Shown: piece by piece, positions 44,791 to 54,102 of the stretch
Layout: every line of letters starts with the position of its first letter
Numbering within the stretch: position 1 is the stretch's first letter
Assembly (NCBI GenBank): GCA_035325685.1
Contig: DAOKZJ010000002.1
Location: forward strand, 7,309 to 67,645
Source: Candidatus Moraniibacteriota bacterium
GTDB lineage: Bacteria > Patescibacteriota > Minisyncoccia > Moranbacterales > GWC2-37-73
DNA: 60,337 nucleotides
Direction of reading: 5' to 3'
Translations under genes and position numbers: made by a program
The notes under the pieces: model-generated
Database searches by the model: none
What the model was told of the DNA's origin: nothing
Seen by the model: the letters and a program-made list of their open reading frames with translations, nothing else

Positions 44791-45618
44791 ATGGCAATTA
44801 AGGTTTACAAGAAAAACACCGCTGGACGGCGCAATATGTCTGTTGTCAAGCCGGAAGGCGTGAGCAAAAAGGATCCTGAAAAGAGGCTCCTTGCTAAGCT
44901 TTCCAAGAAAGCTGGACGCGCGGGTGGTAAAATAGCCGTACGTCATAAAGGGGGCGGCCATAAACGCCGTTACCGCATCGTGGATTTTGCCCAGCGCAAA
45001 CTGGAGATCCCAGGTAAGATTGTGGCTCTGGAAAAAGATCCAAATCGTAGCGCGCTGATCGCTCTTATTTCTTACCGCGACGGCGACAAGCGCTATATCT
45101 TGGCTACCGAAGGAATGAAGGAGGGGATGGAAATAGTCTCTTCCGAGAATGCTCCTATCAAAAAAGGTAACCGTACCAAGCTTAAGAATATTCCGGTAGG
45201 AACGGTTGTTTGCAATGTGGAGTTTACTCCTGGCAAAGGCGGACAGTTTGTGCGCAGTGCAGGAAGTGGAGCTTCGCTCATGGCTATTGATGGTAAGTAT
45301 GCCCAACTCAAACTCTCCTCTGGGGAGGTGCGCCTAGTCAACAGTGATTGCTTTGCCAGCATTGGACAAGTGAGTAACTTCGAGCACGGAGCGGAGAATA
45401 TTGGCAAGGCTGGGCGTAGTCGTCATTTAGGCAAGCGTCCGGCAGTGCGCGGAAGCGCCATGAATCCGGTTGACCATCCGCACGGAGGAGGAGAAGGTCG
45501 TCAGCCGATCGGACTCAAATATCCCAAGACTCCTTGGGGTAGGCCGGCACTCGGTACGCGTACTCGCAAGAAGAAGCGTTACAGCAGCAGGTTTATCGTA
45601 AAACGCAGAAGCAAGTAA
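44791..45618 (+). CDS. rplB: 50S ribosomal protein L2
   Basis: [14 protein letters not shown] and [12 protein letters not shown]. Confidence 0.97.
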   Translation: MAIKVYKKNTAGRRNMSVVKPEGVSKKDPEKRLLAKLSKKAGRAGGKIAVRHKGGGHKRRYRIVDFAQRKLEIPGKIVALEKDPNRSALIALISYRDGDKRYILATEGMKEGMEIVSSENAPIKKGNRTKLKNIPVGTVVCNVEFTPGKGGQFVRSAGSGASLMAIDGKYAQLKLSSGEVRLVNSDCFASIGQVSNFEHGAENIGKAGRSRHLGKRPAVRGSAMNPVDHPHGGGEGRQPIGLKYPKTPWGRPALGTRTRKKKRYSSRFIVKRRSK

Positions 45619-45649
45619 GGGCTCATAAAGAGATTTCAATCATAAGATT

Positions 45650-45988
45650 ATGGCAAGAAGTTTGAAGAAAGGGCTGTATGTCGATGAGCGCGTTCTCAAG
45701 AAAGTGCTTGCGACGAAGCCAGGAGAAAAGGCGATAAAGACTTGGTCTCGCGCCTGCACTATCTCTCCGGAGATGATCGGTTACACCTTCGCGGTGCATA
45801 ACGGCAAAGATTTTGTTTCGGTTTATGTGACCGAAGAAATGGTCGGACATCGCCTGGGAGAGTTTTCTCCGACACGCAAGTTCCTTCGTCACGGAGGAAA
45901 GATGCAAAAGGAGATGGAAATGGCTGCCAAGCAAAAAGCTTTGGATGCCGCTAAGGCTGCCAAAGCTGACACCGGAAAGAAGAAGTAA
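45650..45988 (+). CDS. rpsS: 30S ribosomal protein S19 with a Lys/Ala-rich C-terminal tail
   Basis: [16 protein letters not shown]. Confidence 0.95.
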   Translation: MARSLKKGLYVDERVLKKVLATKPGEKAIKTWSRACTISPEMIGYTFAVHNGKDFVSVYVTEEMVGHRLGEFSPTRKFLRHGGKMQKEMEMAAKQKALDAAKAAKADTGKKK

Positions 45989-46084
45989 AGTAATTAGCGA
46001 TACGAAAAATACGAATTTGCGTTAGAACGATACGAATAATTTCGTAAAAATCGTGTCCATTCGTAAATTCATATCGGTGAAAAT
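45989..46084. repeat. TACGAA / TTCGTA word spacer
   Basis: TACGAA at 46001, 46010 and 46031. TTCGTA at 46041 and 46060. Confidence 0.8.
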
Positions 46085-46663
46085 ATGAAAGTAACTGCAA
46101 CCCTGAAAAATTTAAGGACTTCGCCACGCAAAGTGCGATTGGTGGCTGAGGCGATAAAAGGCATGGATGCCAATGCCGCCCTGATTCAGCTTCCTTTTAT
46201 CGTGAAAAAATCCAGCCATGACTTAGAAAAACTTCTTCGCAGCGCCATCGCCAATGCCCGCAACAATTTCGGGATAGATGTCGACAACTTGCTTGTCGAG
46301 GAAGTGCGCGTAGGTGAGGGTCCTCGCTTGAAGCGCTGGCTTCCTCGCGCTTACGGAAGAGCCACGCTTATTTTGAAGCGCACCTCCCATATCTCATTGA
46401 CAGTTGCGGAGAAGGTTGAGGGCAAAAACAGACTGAGTCAGGAAGAATTAGCTAAGGAGCGCACCAAGCGTGCTGAGGCCAAACGCAAAGCGCTAGAATC
46501 CCTTGCTGCGGAACAGGAAATGATGGAAAAAGAGCAGGCTGAGCAGGAAGAAAGCAAATCCGCCGAAAAGAAAGCCCCGCGCGTCAACAAGAAAGGTTCC
46601 ATGGCAGCAAAAAAGGGGCAAGATGGATTTTTGAAGAAGGTCTTTCAGCGCAAAGCAGCATAA
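46085..46663 (+). CDS. rplV: 50S ribosomal protein L22 with an approximately 80-aa charged C-terminal extension
   Basis: L22 core followed by an EKE/KRK-rich tail. Confidence 0.9.
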   Translation: MKVTATLKNLRTSPRKVRLVAEAIKGMDANAALIQLPFIVKKSSHDLEKLLRSAIANARNNFGIDVDNLLVEEVRVGEGPRLKRWLPRAYGRATLILKRTSHISLTVAEKVEGKNRLSQEELAKERTKRAEAKRKALESLAAEQEMMEKEQAEQEESKSAEKKAPRVNKKGSMAAKKGQDGFLKKVFQRKAA

Positions 46664-46670
46664 TTAAAAA

Positions 46671-46765
46671 ATACGAAGCTCGAATATCGAAATTCGAAAC
46701 GAGCGCGGGCATCATTGGGTTAAATGACCTGCATTAGTTTCGGATTTCGGATTTCGGATTTCGGA
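46671..46765. repeat. Heptad dyad element: four CGAA words (period 7), a 34-nt core, then (TTTCGGA)x4
   Basis: CGAA at 46674, 46681, 46688 and 46695. TTTCGGA at 46738, 46745, 46752 and 46759. Confidence 0.9.
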
Positions 46766-46780
46766 TTTACTTAAGATACT

Positions 46781-47422
46781 ATGGGACATAAAGTCAACCC
46801 TACAGGACTGAGACTCGGAATAACCACTAACTGGGCTTCACGTTGGTTTGAAAGCAAGGACTACGTCCGCAAGCTGCGCGAAGATGTGCAGATGCGTGAA
46901 TTTGTGGCCAAGAAATGGAAACACGCGGCTATTGCTAGTGTGGAAATCGAAAGGAGCGCCAACACCATTCGCCTGATCGTCAGAACTTCGCGTCCCGGAG
47001 TGCTGATTGGGCGCGGAGGAAGTGGGATAGAGGATATGGCCGCCATTATCAAAAAGCGTTTCTTTGCTGGTCGCCGGGTGGATCTGCGTATTGAAGCTCA
47101 AGAAATTCGCCAGTTTGAAGAAAACGCGTCCTTGGTCGCGCAAAGCGTAGCCGAGCAATTGGAAAAGCGTATGCCCTTCCGCCGGGTTCTTAAGTCCACA
47201 CTTGACCAGGTGGAAAAGAGCCGCATTGTCAAGGGAGTTAAGATAGAAGTGAGCGGACGTTTGGGCGGAGCGGAAATGAGCAGGCGTGAATGGTTGAGTC
47301 GCGGCACGGTTCCGCTTCATACGTTGCGTGCAGATATAGATTTCGCTCGTGCTACGGCGCACACCACGTATGGGGCTATCGGAGTGAAAGTTTGGATTTA
47401 CAAAGGGGAAGTTTTTGAATAA
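46781..47422 (+). CDS. rpsC: 30S ribosomal protein S3
   Basis: [13 protein letters not shown]. Confidence 0.96.
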   Translation: MGHKVNPTGLRLGITTNWASRWFESKDYVRKLREDVQMREFVAKKWKHAAIASVEIERSANTIRLIVRTSRPGVLIGRGGSGIEDMAAIIKKRFFAGRRVDLRIEAQEIRQFEENASLVAQSVAEQLEKRMPFRRVLKSTLDQVEKSRIVKGVKIEVSGRLGGAEMSRREWLSRGTVPLHTLRADIDFARATAHTTYGAIGVKVWIYKGEVFE

Positions 47423-47544
47423 AAGGAGTTGCAAATTGCCCGCGAATATTTACGAATTTACGAAAAGGATAAGAAAACCTAAGGGTCGGTAAAAGGAAAT
47501 GCAGGTTGGTACGTTTGTACGATCAGTATTTCGTAGGAAAAAAT
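47423..47544. repeat. TACGAA / TTCGTA word spacer
   Basis: TACGAA at 47451 and 47459. GTACG occurs twice, and TTCGTA is at 47530. Confidence 0.7.
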
Positions 47545-47958
47545 ATGTTGATGCCAAAGAAAGTTAAACATCGCAAGATCCATCGCGGAGGACAAATTCG
47601 TGGTGTTGCTACCAAGGGTAACGAAGTCAGCTTCGGCAGCTTCGGACTCAAGGCGGTTGACTCAGGACTTATTTCCGCCCGTCAGATTGAAGCCGCTCGT
47701 CGAGCCATGACTCGCTACATCAAGCGCGGAGGAAAAATATGGATTCGCATCTTTCCGGATAAGCCGATGACTAAGAAAGGAGAGCAGACGCCGATGGGTA
47801 AAGGAAAGGGAAGCGTGGACCATTTTGTGGCTCGCACCAAACGCGGCAAGATGCTGTTCGAGATGGACGGTGTGGCCGAAGAGGTGGCGCGCGAAGCGAT
47901 GCGTTTGGCTTCGCATAAGTTGTGCGTCAAGACAAGATTTGTAAGCAAGCACAAATAA
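47545..47958 (+). CDS. rplP: 50S ribosomal protein L16
   Basis: [15 protein letters not shown]. Confidence 0.96.
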   Translation: MLMPKKVKHRKIHRGGQIRGVATKGNEVSFGSFGLKAVDSGLISARQIEAARRAMTRYIKRGGKIWIRIFPDKPMTKKGEQTPMGKGKGSVDHFVARTKRGKMLFEMDGVAEEVAREAMRLASHKLCVKTRFVSKHK

Positions 47959-47978
47959 GAAGCTTTGCCAAAAAAGGT

Positions 47979-48173
47979 ATGAAGATCAAGCAGATAATGG
48001 AAATGGAAAATTCCCAGCTCGAAGCGCTCATCGCTGAGCAGCGCGAAAAGGTTGTGAAAGCCCGCTTTGAAGGGGCTTTGCGTCAAGCCAAAAATACCAA
48101 GCAAGGGGCTGAGGCTCGTCGCATGATAGCCAAAGCGCTTACCGTGCTTGCCCAGCGCTCGATGGAAAAATAA
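47979..48173 (+). CDS. rpmC: 50S ribosomal protein L29
   Basis: Size, helical sequence and operon position. Confidence 0.85.
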   Translation: MKIKQIMEMENSQLEALIAEQREKVVKARFEGALRQAKNTKQGAEARRMIAKALTVLAQRSMEK

Positions 48174-48196
48174 GCACACAATAAAGTAGTATTCGT

Positions 48197-48436
48197 ATGA
48201 CACAAGAAACGAAGAAGCTTATCCGCAAGAAGGGGATGGTGGTGAGTGCCAAAACCCCCAAGACGCTGGTGGTCGCGGTGGAAAGCTACAAGACCCATCC
48301 TAAATATCTCAAGAAGTATCGCTCCACCAAGAAGTACAAGGTGCATGATCCGGAGAGCTCTTTCAAGGTCGGGGATGTGGTGGAATTTGCTCCGTGCCGT
48401 CCGGTAAGTAAGGATAAGCGATATATAGTTTTATAG
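48197..48436 (+). CDS. rpsQ: 30S ribosomal protein S17
   Basis: Sequence and operon position. Confidence 0.9.
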   Translation: MTQETKKLIRKKGMVVSAKTPKTLVVAVESYKTHPKYLKKYRSTKKYKVHDPESSFKVGDVVEFAPCRPVSKDKRYIVL

Positions 48437-48536
48437 AGTAACCAACAACTGACAGTCAATAACTGGCAGCGGCAAGGAAGAGGGATTGGTCCCGGCCGAA
48501 TGCGAGTTAAAAGCTTTAAGTTGTAAATGGAATAAT

Positions 48537-48902
48537 ATGATTCAAGCAGAGACACAGCTCAAAGTCGCAGACAATACCGGAGCCAAGATCATTGAATGTT
48601 TCAAGGTTCTGGGTGGAACGCGTCGTCGCTATGCCGCAATCGGAGATGTGATCGTGGCGTCAGTTAAGTCTGCGGAGCCGCGCGGTGTAGTTAAGAAGGG
48701 AGATAAGGTACGAGCGGTTATTGTACGCCAGGCCCAAGCATTGCGTCGCAAAGACGGGTCATACATCCGTTTTGACGAAAATGCCGCGGTTATCATCGAT
48801 GGCAAAGAGCCAAAAGGAACGCGTATCTTTGGTCCTATCGCGCGCGAGTTGCGCGACAAGGGGTATTCCAAGATTGTTTCCTTGGCTCCGGAAGTTTTGT
48901 AA
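48537..48902 (+). CDS. rplN: 50S ribosomal protein L14
   Basis: [17 protein letters not shown]. Confidence 0.97.
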   Translation: MIQAETQLKVADNTGAKIIECFKVLGGTRRRYAAIGDVIVASVKSAEPRGVVKKGDKVRAVIVRQAQALRRKDGSYIRFDENAAVIIDGKEPKGTRIFGPIARELRDKGYSKIVSLAPEVL

Positions 48903-49077
48903 GTATTCTACGAATTACCCGCCTCGACTCGCAGAGACAACCGCTTGTCGGTGCGAGACGGGCGAACTTTACGAATGTACGAAAGTTTCGTGGTTCAAAA
49001 GCGGGATTTTAAAGATTCAAGTCAAGAGAAGATGGATTCGTACCTTCGTACAATTCGTACTTCGTAGAGAAAAACCT
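48903..49077. repeat. 175-nt rplN-rplX spacer: TACGAA words, a GC-rich nested hairpin, then (TTCGTA)x4
   Basis: TACGAA at 48909, 48970 and 48978. TTCGTA at 49037, 49045, 49054 and 49061. Confidence 0.85.
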
Positions 49078-49380
49078 ATGAGAATAAAGAAAGGAGACAT
49101 GGTGAGGGTATTGGCCGGCAAGAGCAAGGGCCATATCGGAAAAGTCCTGCGCGTCCTTCCCAAGGCCGGCAAAGTGGTGGTGGAGAAGGCTAATATGGTT
49201 ACCAAGCATATAAAGGCCAAGCGCGAAGGCATGCCCGGACAAAAAGTCCAATTGGAGGCGCCGCTCGATGCGTCCAACGCCATGCTGGTGTGTCCCAGCT
49301 GCAACAAGACTACGCGTCTGGCGGCAAGTACGGGAAAGGAAAAAGCGAGAGTTTGTAAGAAGTGCGGCAAAGAGTTTTAA
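49078..49380 (+). CDS. rplX: 50S ribosomal protein L24 with a CxxC...CxxC C-terminus
   Basis: MRIKKGDMVRVLAGKSKG KOW motif, and the C-terminus CPSCNK..CKKCG. Confidence 0.9.
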   Translation: MRIKKGDMVRVLAGKSKGHIGKVLRVLPKAGKVVVEKANMVTKHIKAKREGMPGQKVQLEAPLDASNAMLVCPSCNKTTRLAASTGKEKARVCKKCGKEF

Positions 49381-49399
49381 GTCCAGCTAGCTAAAGCGT

Positions 49400-49951
49400 A
49401 TGAAAATCATTCCAGTAAAAGAGAAATATGCCAAGACGGTAGCGGCGGAATTAGCCAAGGAATTTGGTTATTCTTCTGCGATGGCCGTTCCGCGTATCCA
49501 GAAAGTGGTCGTCAATGTCGGAATCGGCAAGATAACCAAAGAGAGCGAGAAAGTTGACGAGATAATGGAGTCGCTTACGGCGATTACCGGTCAGCGTCCG
49601 GTAAAGACTATGGCGCACCGCGCTATTGCCGGCTTCAAGGTTCGTCAGGGCATGGAAGTGGGAATAAAGGTAACGTTACGCGGAGAGCGCATGTGGAATT
49701 TTATCGATCGAGTTATCAATTCCACCCTCCCTCGCACGCGCGACTTTCAGGGAATAGATCCTAGGGCGGTGGATGGCAGTGGAAACCTCAATATCGGCAT
49801 TCGCGAACATCTCATTTTTCCGGAAATATCACCTGAAAAAGCCAAGCATATTTTCGGGATGCAGATTACGGTGGTAAGCAGTACGACAAATCGCAAGGAA
49901 GGATTAGCTCTGTATCGTAAAGTAGGGTTTCCGCTCAAGGAAGAAAAATAA
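49400..49951 (+). CDS. rplE: 50S ribosomal protein L5
   Basis: Sequence and operon position. Confidence 0.95.
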   Translation: MKIIPVKEKYAKTVAAELAKEFGYSSAMAVPRIQKVVVNVGIGKITKESEKVDEIMESLTAITGQRPVKTMAHRAIAGFKVRQGMEVGIKVTLRGERMWNFIDRVINSTLPRTRDFQGIDPRAVDGSGNLNIGIREHLIFPEISPEKAKHIFGMQITVVSSTTNRKEGLALYRKVGFPLKEEK

Positions 49952-49993
49952 TTGCAAAGTAATTAGCTTTAGCTACGAATTTTACACTGGTAT

Positions 49994-50179
49994 ATGGCAA
50001 AGACATCAACCATGGCACGTTCGCAGAAGAAGCCGAAGTTTTCCACCCGCGTCGTAAGGCGTTGTTGGAAATGCGGACGCAAACACGGCTATCTGCGCGC
50101 GTTCGACATCTGCCGCATCTGTTTCCGCGAGCTCGCCAGCAAAGGGGAGCTTCCGGGAGTGAAGAAAAGCAGCTGGTAA
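49994..50179 (+). CDS. rpsN: 30S ribosomal protein S14, Zn-ribbon type Z (61 aa)
   Basis: [16 protein letters not shown]. Confidence 0.94.
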   Translation: MAKTSTMARSQKKPKFSTRVVRRCWKCGRKHGYLRAFDICRICFRELASKGELPGVKKSSW

Positions 50180-50274
50180 GGGAGAATAATCGCATAACGC
50201 ATAAAGTAAACGCGCAGCGCGAAGGATAAATGATGCCGATGGGCATAAGCCTTAAGCGCCGCAAGATTAAAATT

Positions 50275-50679
50275 ATGTTGGATCCAATTGCAGACATGCT
50301 GACAAGAATACGCAACGCCCAGCGCGCAGGACATGCGACCGTGGGGGTGCCTTTCTCGAAGCTGAAGCTCGGAATCGCCAAAATCCTCAAGGATCATGGC
50401 TTCATAGCTTCCGTTTCCGAGGATAAGACCGGAAAATTCCCGGTTTTGAGGCTGGCCCTTAATTACGAGTCGTCCTCCAACACGCGTCGTATCCCGGTAA
50501 TTTCCGGAATTCGTCGTGTAAGTCGCCAAGGCCAGCGCGTATACGTCAAGCGTAGCGACATCCGTCGGGTTAAAAATGGATATGGCATTTCGATCGTCTC
50601 TACCTCGAAAGGCCTAATGACTGGAGATGCAGCTCGCAAGAGCGGACTCGGAGGGGAGATCGTTTGTGAGGTATGGTAA
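50275..50679 (+). CDS. rpsH: 30S ribosomal protein S8
   Basis: MLDPIADMLTRIRNA. Confidence 0.96.
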   Translation: MLDPIADMLTRIRNAQRAGHATVGVPFSKLKLGIAKILKDHGFIASVSEDKTGKFPVLRLALNYESSSNTRRIPVISGIRRVSRQGQRVYVKRSDIRRVKNGYGISIVSTSKGLMTGDAARKSGLGGEIVCEVW

Positions 50680-50796
50680 AACAATGCTAGTCGGCTAATA
50701 AATGCCGATCACTGAAGAAAAAGATTCAAAGAGAGGCATATTTATTGGCAAACAGACGGGCATTTATTCGCATCATTAGCATAGTAGTAAAAACTT

Positions 50797-51333
50797 ATGA
50801 GCAGAATAGGAAAGAAACCGATCGCTCTGCCGCAAGGAGTCACGGTTTCCGTGGAAAAAGGGCAGGTTAGCGTGAAGGGACCCAAAGGTGCACTGGAATT
50901 TATGCATCACCTCGACGTGACGGTTTCCGTTACGGATGGCTTGGTGAGCGTGGAAAAGGTCGGCAAGTCCAAGAAGGCTCCGGCAATCTGGGGTACGACC
51001 GCCCGCATCATTGAGAATATGGTTACCGGCGTGGCGCAAGGATTCCAGAGGCAGCTTGAGCTCAACGGAGTCGGTTACCGCATGGCTATTTCCGGCAAAA
51101 AGATCAATATGGCCCTGGGCTTCTCTCATCCGGTGGAGGTCACTGTTCCGGAAGGATTGGAAGCCAAGATAGAAGGCAATGTACTTACGGTAAGCGGGAT
51201 AGATAAGCAGCGGGTTGGGCAGTTCGCAGCCAACATCCGCGCACTTAAACCTGTCGAGCCTTACAAAGGCAAGGGATTCAAATACGTGGGAGAACATGTG
51301 CGTCGCAAGGAAGGTAAAAAGAGTGCCAAATAA
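50797..51333 (+). CDS. rplF: 50S ribosomal protein L6
   Basis: MSRIGKKPIALPQGV. Confidence 0.96.
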   Translation: MSRIGKKPIALPQGVTVSVEKGQVSVKGPKGALEFMHHLDVTVSVTDGLVSVEKVGKSKKAPAIWGTTARIIENMVTGVAQGFQRQLELNGVGYRMAISGKKINMALGFSHPVEVTVPEGLEAKIEGNVLTVSGIDKQRVGQFAANIRALKPVEPYKGKGFKYVGEHVRRKEGKKSAK

Positions 51334-51384
51334 GCGCTCAAAGTTAGCTATATAAGTTAAAGTTACACACTGACTAAGAATAAT

Positions 51385-51735
51385 ATGAACAAGGTAGGTA
51401 GGAACAATATGCGCGCACAGAGGCAGCGTCGGGTCCGCTCCAAGATTTCCGGAACCGCCCAACGCCCTCGTCTGGCTGTTTTTCGCTCGCTGCGCAGTAT
51501 GTATGTGCAAGCCATCGATGACGTGGCGGGAAAGACCTTGGCTGCGGTGCGCCTGGAGGAAGTTAAGGGCGCAAGCAACACCGTCGAAGGTGCACGCGAG
51601 TTGGGCAAGCTTCTTTCTGCCAAGCTCAAAGGCTTGGGGATAGAAAAAGCTGTTTTTGACCGTGCTGGCTACCGCTACCATGGTCGCGTCCGCGCTTTGG
51701 CGGAGGGGGCGCGTGAAGGCGGACTTTCGTTTTAA
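51385..51735 (+). CDS. rplR: 50S ribosomal protein L18
   Basis: RPRLAVFRS..YHGRV. Confidence 0.93.
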   Translation: MNKVGRNNMRAQRQRRVRSKISGTAQRPRLAVFRSLRSMYVQAIDDVAGKTLAAVRLEEVKGASNTVEGARELGKLLSAKLKGLGIEKAVFDRAGYRYHGRVRALAEGAREGGLSF

Positions 51736-51762
51736 TTTTACTCAAGCTAAGACTTTTGCAGT

Positions 51763-52263
51763 ATGGCGACAAAGCACAACAAGCGGCCTCAGCGCCGCAG
51801 GGAGAAGCCTGAATTTGAACAGAAAATGCTCGATTTGGCGCGCGTAACGCGCGTAGTTAAGGGCGGACGCCGCTTTCGTTTCCGCGCGACCCTGGTTATT
51901 GGGGATCGCAAAGGGCGCGTAGGTGTGGGCGTTGCCAAAGGTTCGGATGTTTCTGATTCTATTCAGAAAGCATACAATGATGCGCGTAAGAATCTCATAA
52001 CGGTGGAATTGGCTGGCAATACTATTCCGCACGACGCTTCCCAAAAGCTCGGCAGCGCCAAAGTGCTACTCAAGCCAGCTAGCGAGGGTCGCGGAGTGAT
52101 CGCTGGAGGAGCGGTGCGTGCAGTGGTGGATTTGGCAGGAATACGCGATATCGTTTCCAAATCGCTCGGCTCATCCAATAAGCTCAATGTGGCCCGCGCC
52201 ACCGTCGAAGCTTTGAAGAAGCTCAAACAGCCTCGCGAAAAAGAAGCTAAGGACGCTAAATAA
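51763..52263 (+). CDS. rpsE: 30S ribosomal protein S5
   Basis: VTRVVKGGRRFRF. Confidence 0.96.
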   Translation: MATKHNKRPQRRREKPEFEQKMLDLARVTRVVKGGRRFRFRATLVIGDRKGRVGVGVAKGSDVSDSIQKAYNDARKNLITVELAGNTIPHDASQKLGSAKVLLKPASEGRGVIAGGAVRAVVDLAGIRDIVSKSLGSSNKLNVARATVEALKKLKQPREKEAKDAK

Positions 52264-52316
52264 TTTCCGCGATTTACGCACGGTAAGACGTAAGTTACAA
52301 GTTGTAAGTTAAATAT

Positions 52317-52748
52317 ATGCAGATCCATGAAATAACCACTGCCAAGCGCAAAGAGCGCAAAACGGTAGGGCGCGGTGGTAAGCGCGGAACATATTCCGGA
52401 CGCGGCAACAAGGGACAAAAAGCTCGCTCTGGCGGTTCGGTGGACCCATTGTTTGAAGGTGGACGCTCTTCACTTGTTGAGCGCTTAAAGAAAGTGCGCG
52501 GATTCAAATCCATGCATCCCAAGAAAGTCACTGTTAAGCTTTCCGCTTTGGACAAGGCTTATGCGGATGGCGAAACTGTTTCACTAGAGACGCTGGTAGC
52601 CAAGGGGATTGTCGCCAAAAAAGATGTTAACCGGGGAGCCAAGATTGTGGCTACCGGAAATCTTTCCAAAAAACTTACCATCGTAGGAGTTTTGGTGTCC
52701 GGTGCAGCTTCCGAGGTTATTAAGCAATCCGGAGGAAGCGTGGAATAG
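52317..52748 (+). CDS. rplO: 50S ribosomal protein L15 (follows S5 directly; no L30 gene)
   Basis: GRGGKRGTYSGRGNKGQK. The gap after rpsE is only 53 nt. Confidence 0.93.
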   Translation: MQIHEITTAKRKERKTVGRGGKRGTYSGRGNKGQKARSGGSVDPLFEGGRSSLVERLKKVRGFKSMHPKKVTVKLSALDKAYADGETVSLETLVAKGIVAKKDVNRGAKIVATGNLSKKLTIVGVLVSGAASEVIKQSGGSVE

Positions 52749-52830
52749 CGGTTTGGTTTTTCCGCGTGCGGTTTTGCATTTCCTGAAAAATCGCAATGGC
52801 TATAAAGCTAACGCTTAACAAATTGGACAC

Positions 52831-54102
52831 ATGTTGGAAAAAATAACCACAATCTTCAAGATTAAGGAGTTGCGCGATAAAATTATTTTTATCGCCGCTT
52901 TACTGGTAGTTTTTCGTTTGGCGGCCAATGTCCCGCTTCCCGGCGTGGATGCTGCGCAACTCAAAAATCTTTTGGAGGGGAATCAATTTTTTGGTTTGCT
53001 CAATATTTTTTCCGGAGGAGGATTTTCCAACATTTCCATTGTGCTTTTGGGCGTAGGGCCTTACATTACCGCTTCCATTATCATGCAGCTGCTCACCATG
53101 ATTGTGCCGCGGCTGGAGCAGCTCTACAAGGAAGAAGGAGAAGCCGGAAGGCAAAAGTTCAACATGGTGACGCGGTATTTGACCGTGCCGCTGGCCGCTT
53201 TGCAGACATTTGGCATGATTTCCTTGCTTCGTTCTCAGCAGGTCTTGGGGGTGTTGAGCGCTTTTGAAATGTCTTCCATTGTCATCATTGCCACGGCGGG
53301 AACTATTTTCCTGATGTGGATTGGTGAATTAATCACCGAAAGGGGAATTGGCAACGGCGTGTCCTTCATCATTTTTGCCGGTATCGTCGCGGGTCTTCCT
53401 GCGACCGTATCCCAACTTTTCCTCACTTTTGACTCCACTCAATTTTTTTCTTATCTTTCGATTGCGGCAGTAACTCTGGTTACGATTGCGGGAGTAGTTG
53501 CGATGACGGAAGGGCAGCGCAATATTCCGGTTTCCTATGCTAAGCGCGTGCGCGGTGCCAACCTTATGGGCTCGGGAAGCTCGCATTTGCCGCTGCGCGT
53601 CAATCAGGCCGGAGTGATTCCGATCATTTTTGCCGTTTCCATCATGCTTATCCCGAACATGCTGGCCAGTTTTTTTGCGTCTTCCAAGATCGAAGCTTTA
53701 GCCAAGGCCGCTACGGCAATTGGCTCTCTTTTGCAAAATCAGCTCCTTTACGGCGCTCTTTACTTTGTTTTGGTCGTGCTTTTTACTTATTTTTACACGG
53801 CGGTAGTTTTTGATCCGGAAAAGATTGCCGAAAACTTGCAAAAGCAAGGCGGATATATCCCGGGCATTCGTCCGGGGCGTCCTACGGCGGATCATCTTTA
53901 TCGCATCATGAATCGCATCACGCTGGCCGGCGCGCTCTTTTTGGGGGCGATTGCGGTTTTGCCAATGATTGTCCAAGGGGCCACTAATATAGCAACTTTG
54001 CAAATCGGCGGCACCAGCATCCTTATTGCTGTTTCAGTCGTGATTGAGACGATCAAGCAGATCGAGGGCCAATTGGTTATGCGCGATTACGAAGGATTCT
54101 GA
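52831..54102 (+). CDS. secY: Preprotein translocase SecY
   Basis: 10-TM protein with a canonical N-terminus and the GIRPG motif. Confidence 0.97.
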   Translation: MLEKITTIFKIKELRDKIIFIAALLVVFRLAANVPLPGVDAAQLKNLLEGNQFFGLLNIFSGGGFSNISIVLLGVGPYITASIIMQLLTMIVPRLEQLYKEEGEAGRQKFNMVTRYLTVPLAALQTFGMISLLRSQQVLGVLSAFEMSSIVIIATAGTIFLMWIGELITERGIGNGVSFIIFAGIVAGLPATVSQLFLTFDSTQFFSYLSIAAVTLVTIAGVVAMTEGQRNIPVSYAKRVRGANLMGSGSSHLPLRVNQAGVIPIIFAVSIMLIPNMLASFFASSKIEALAKAATAIGSLLQNQLLYGALYFVLVVLFTYFYTAVVFDPEKIAENLQKQGGYIPGIRPGRPTADHLYRIMNRITLAGALFLGAIAVLPMIVQGATNIATLQIGGTSILIAVSVVIETIKQIEGQLVMRDYEGF

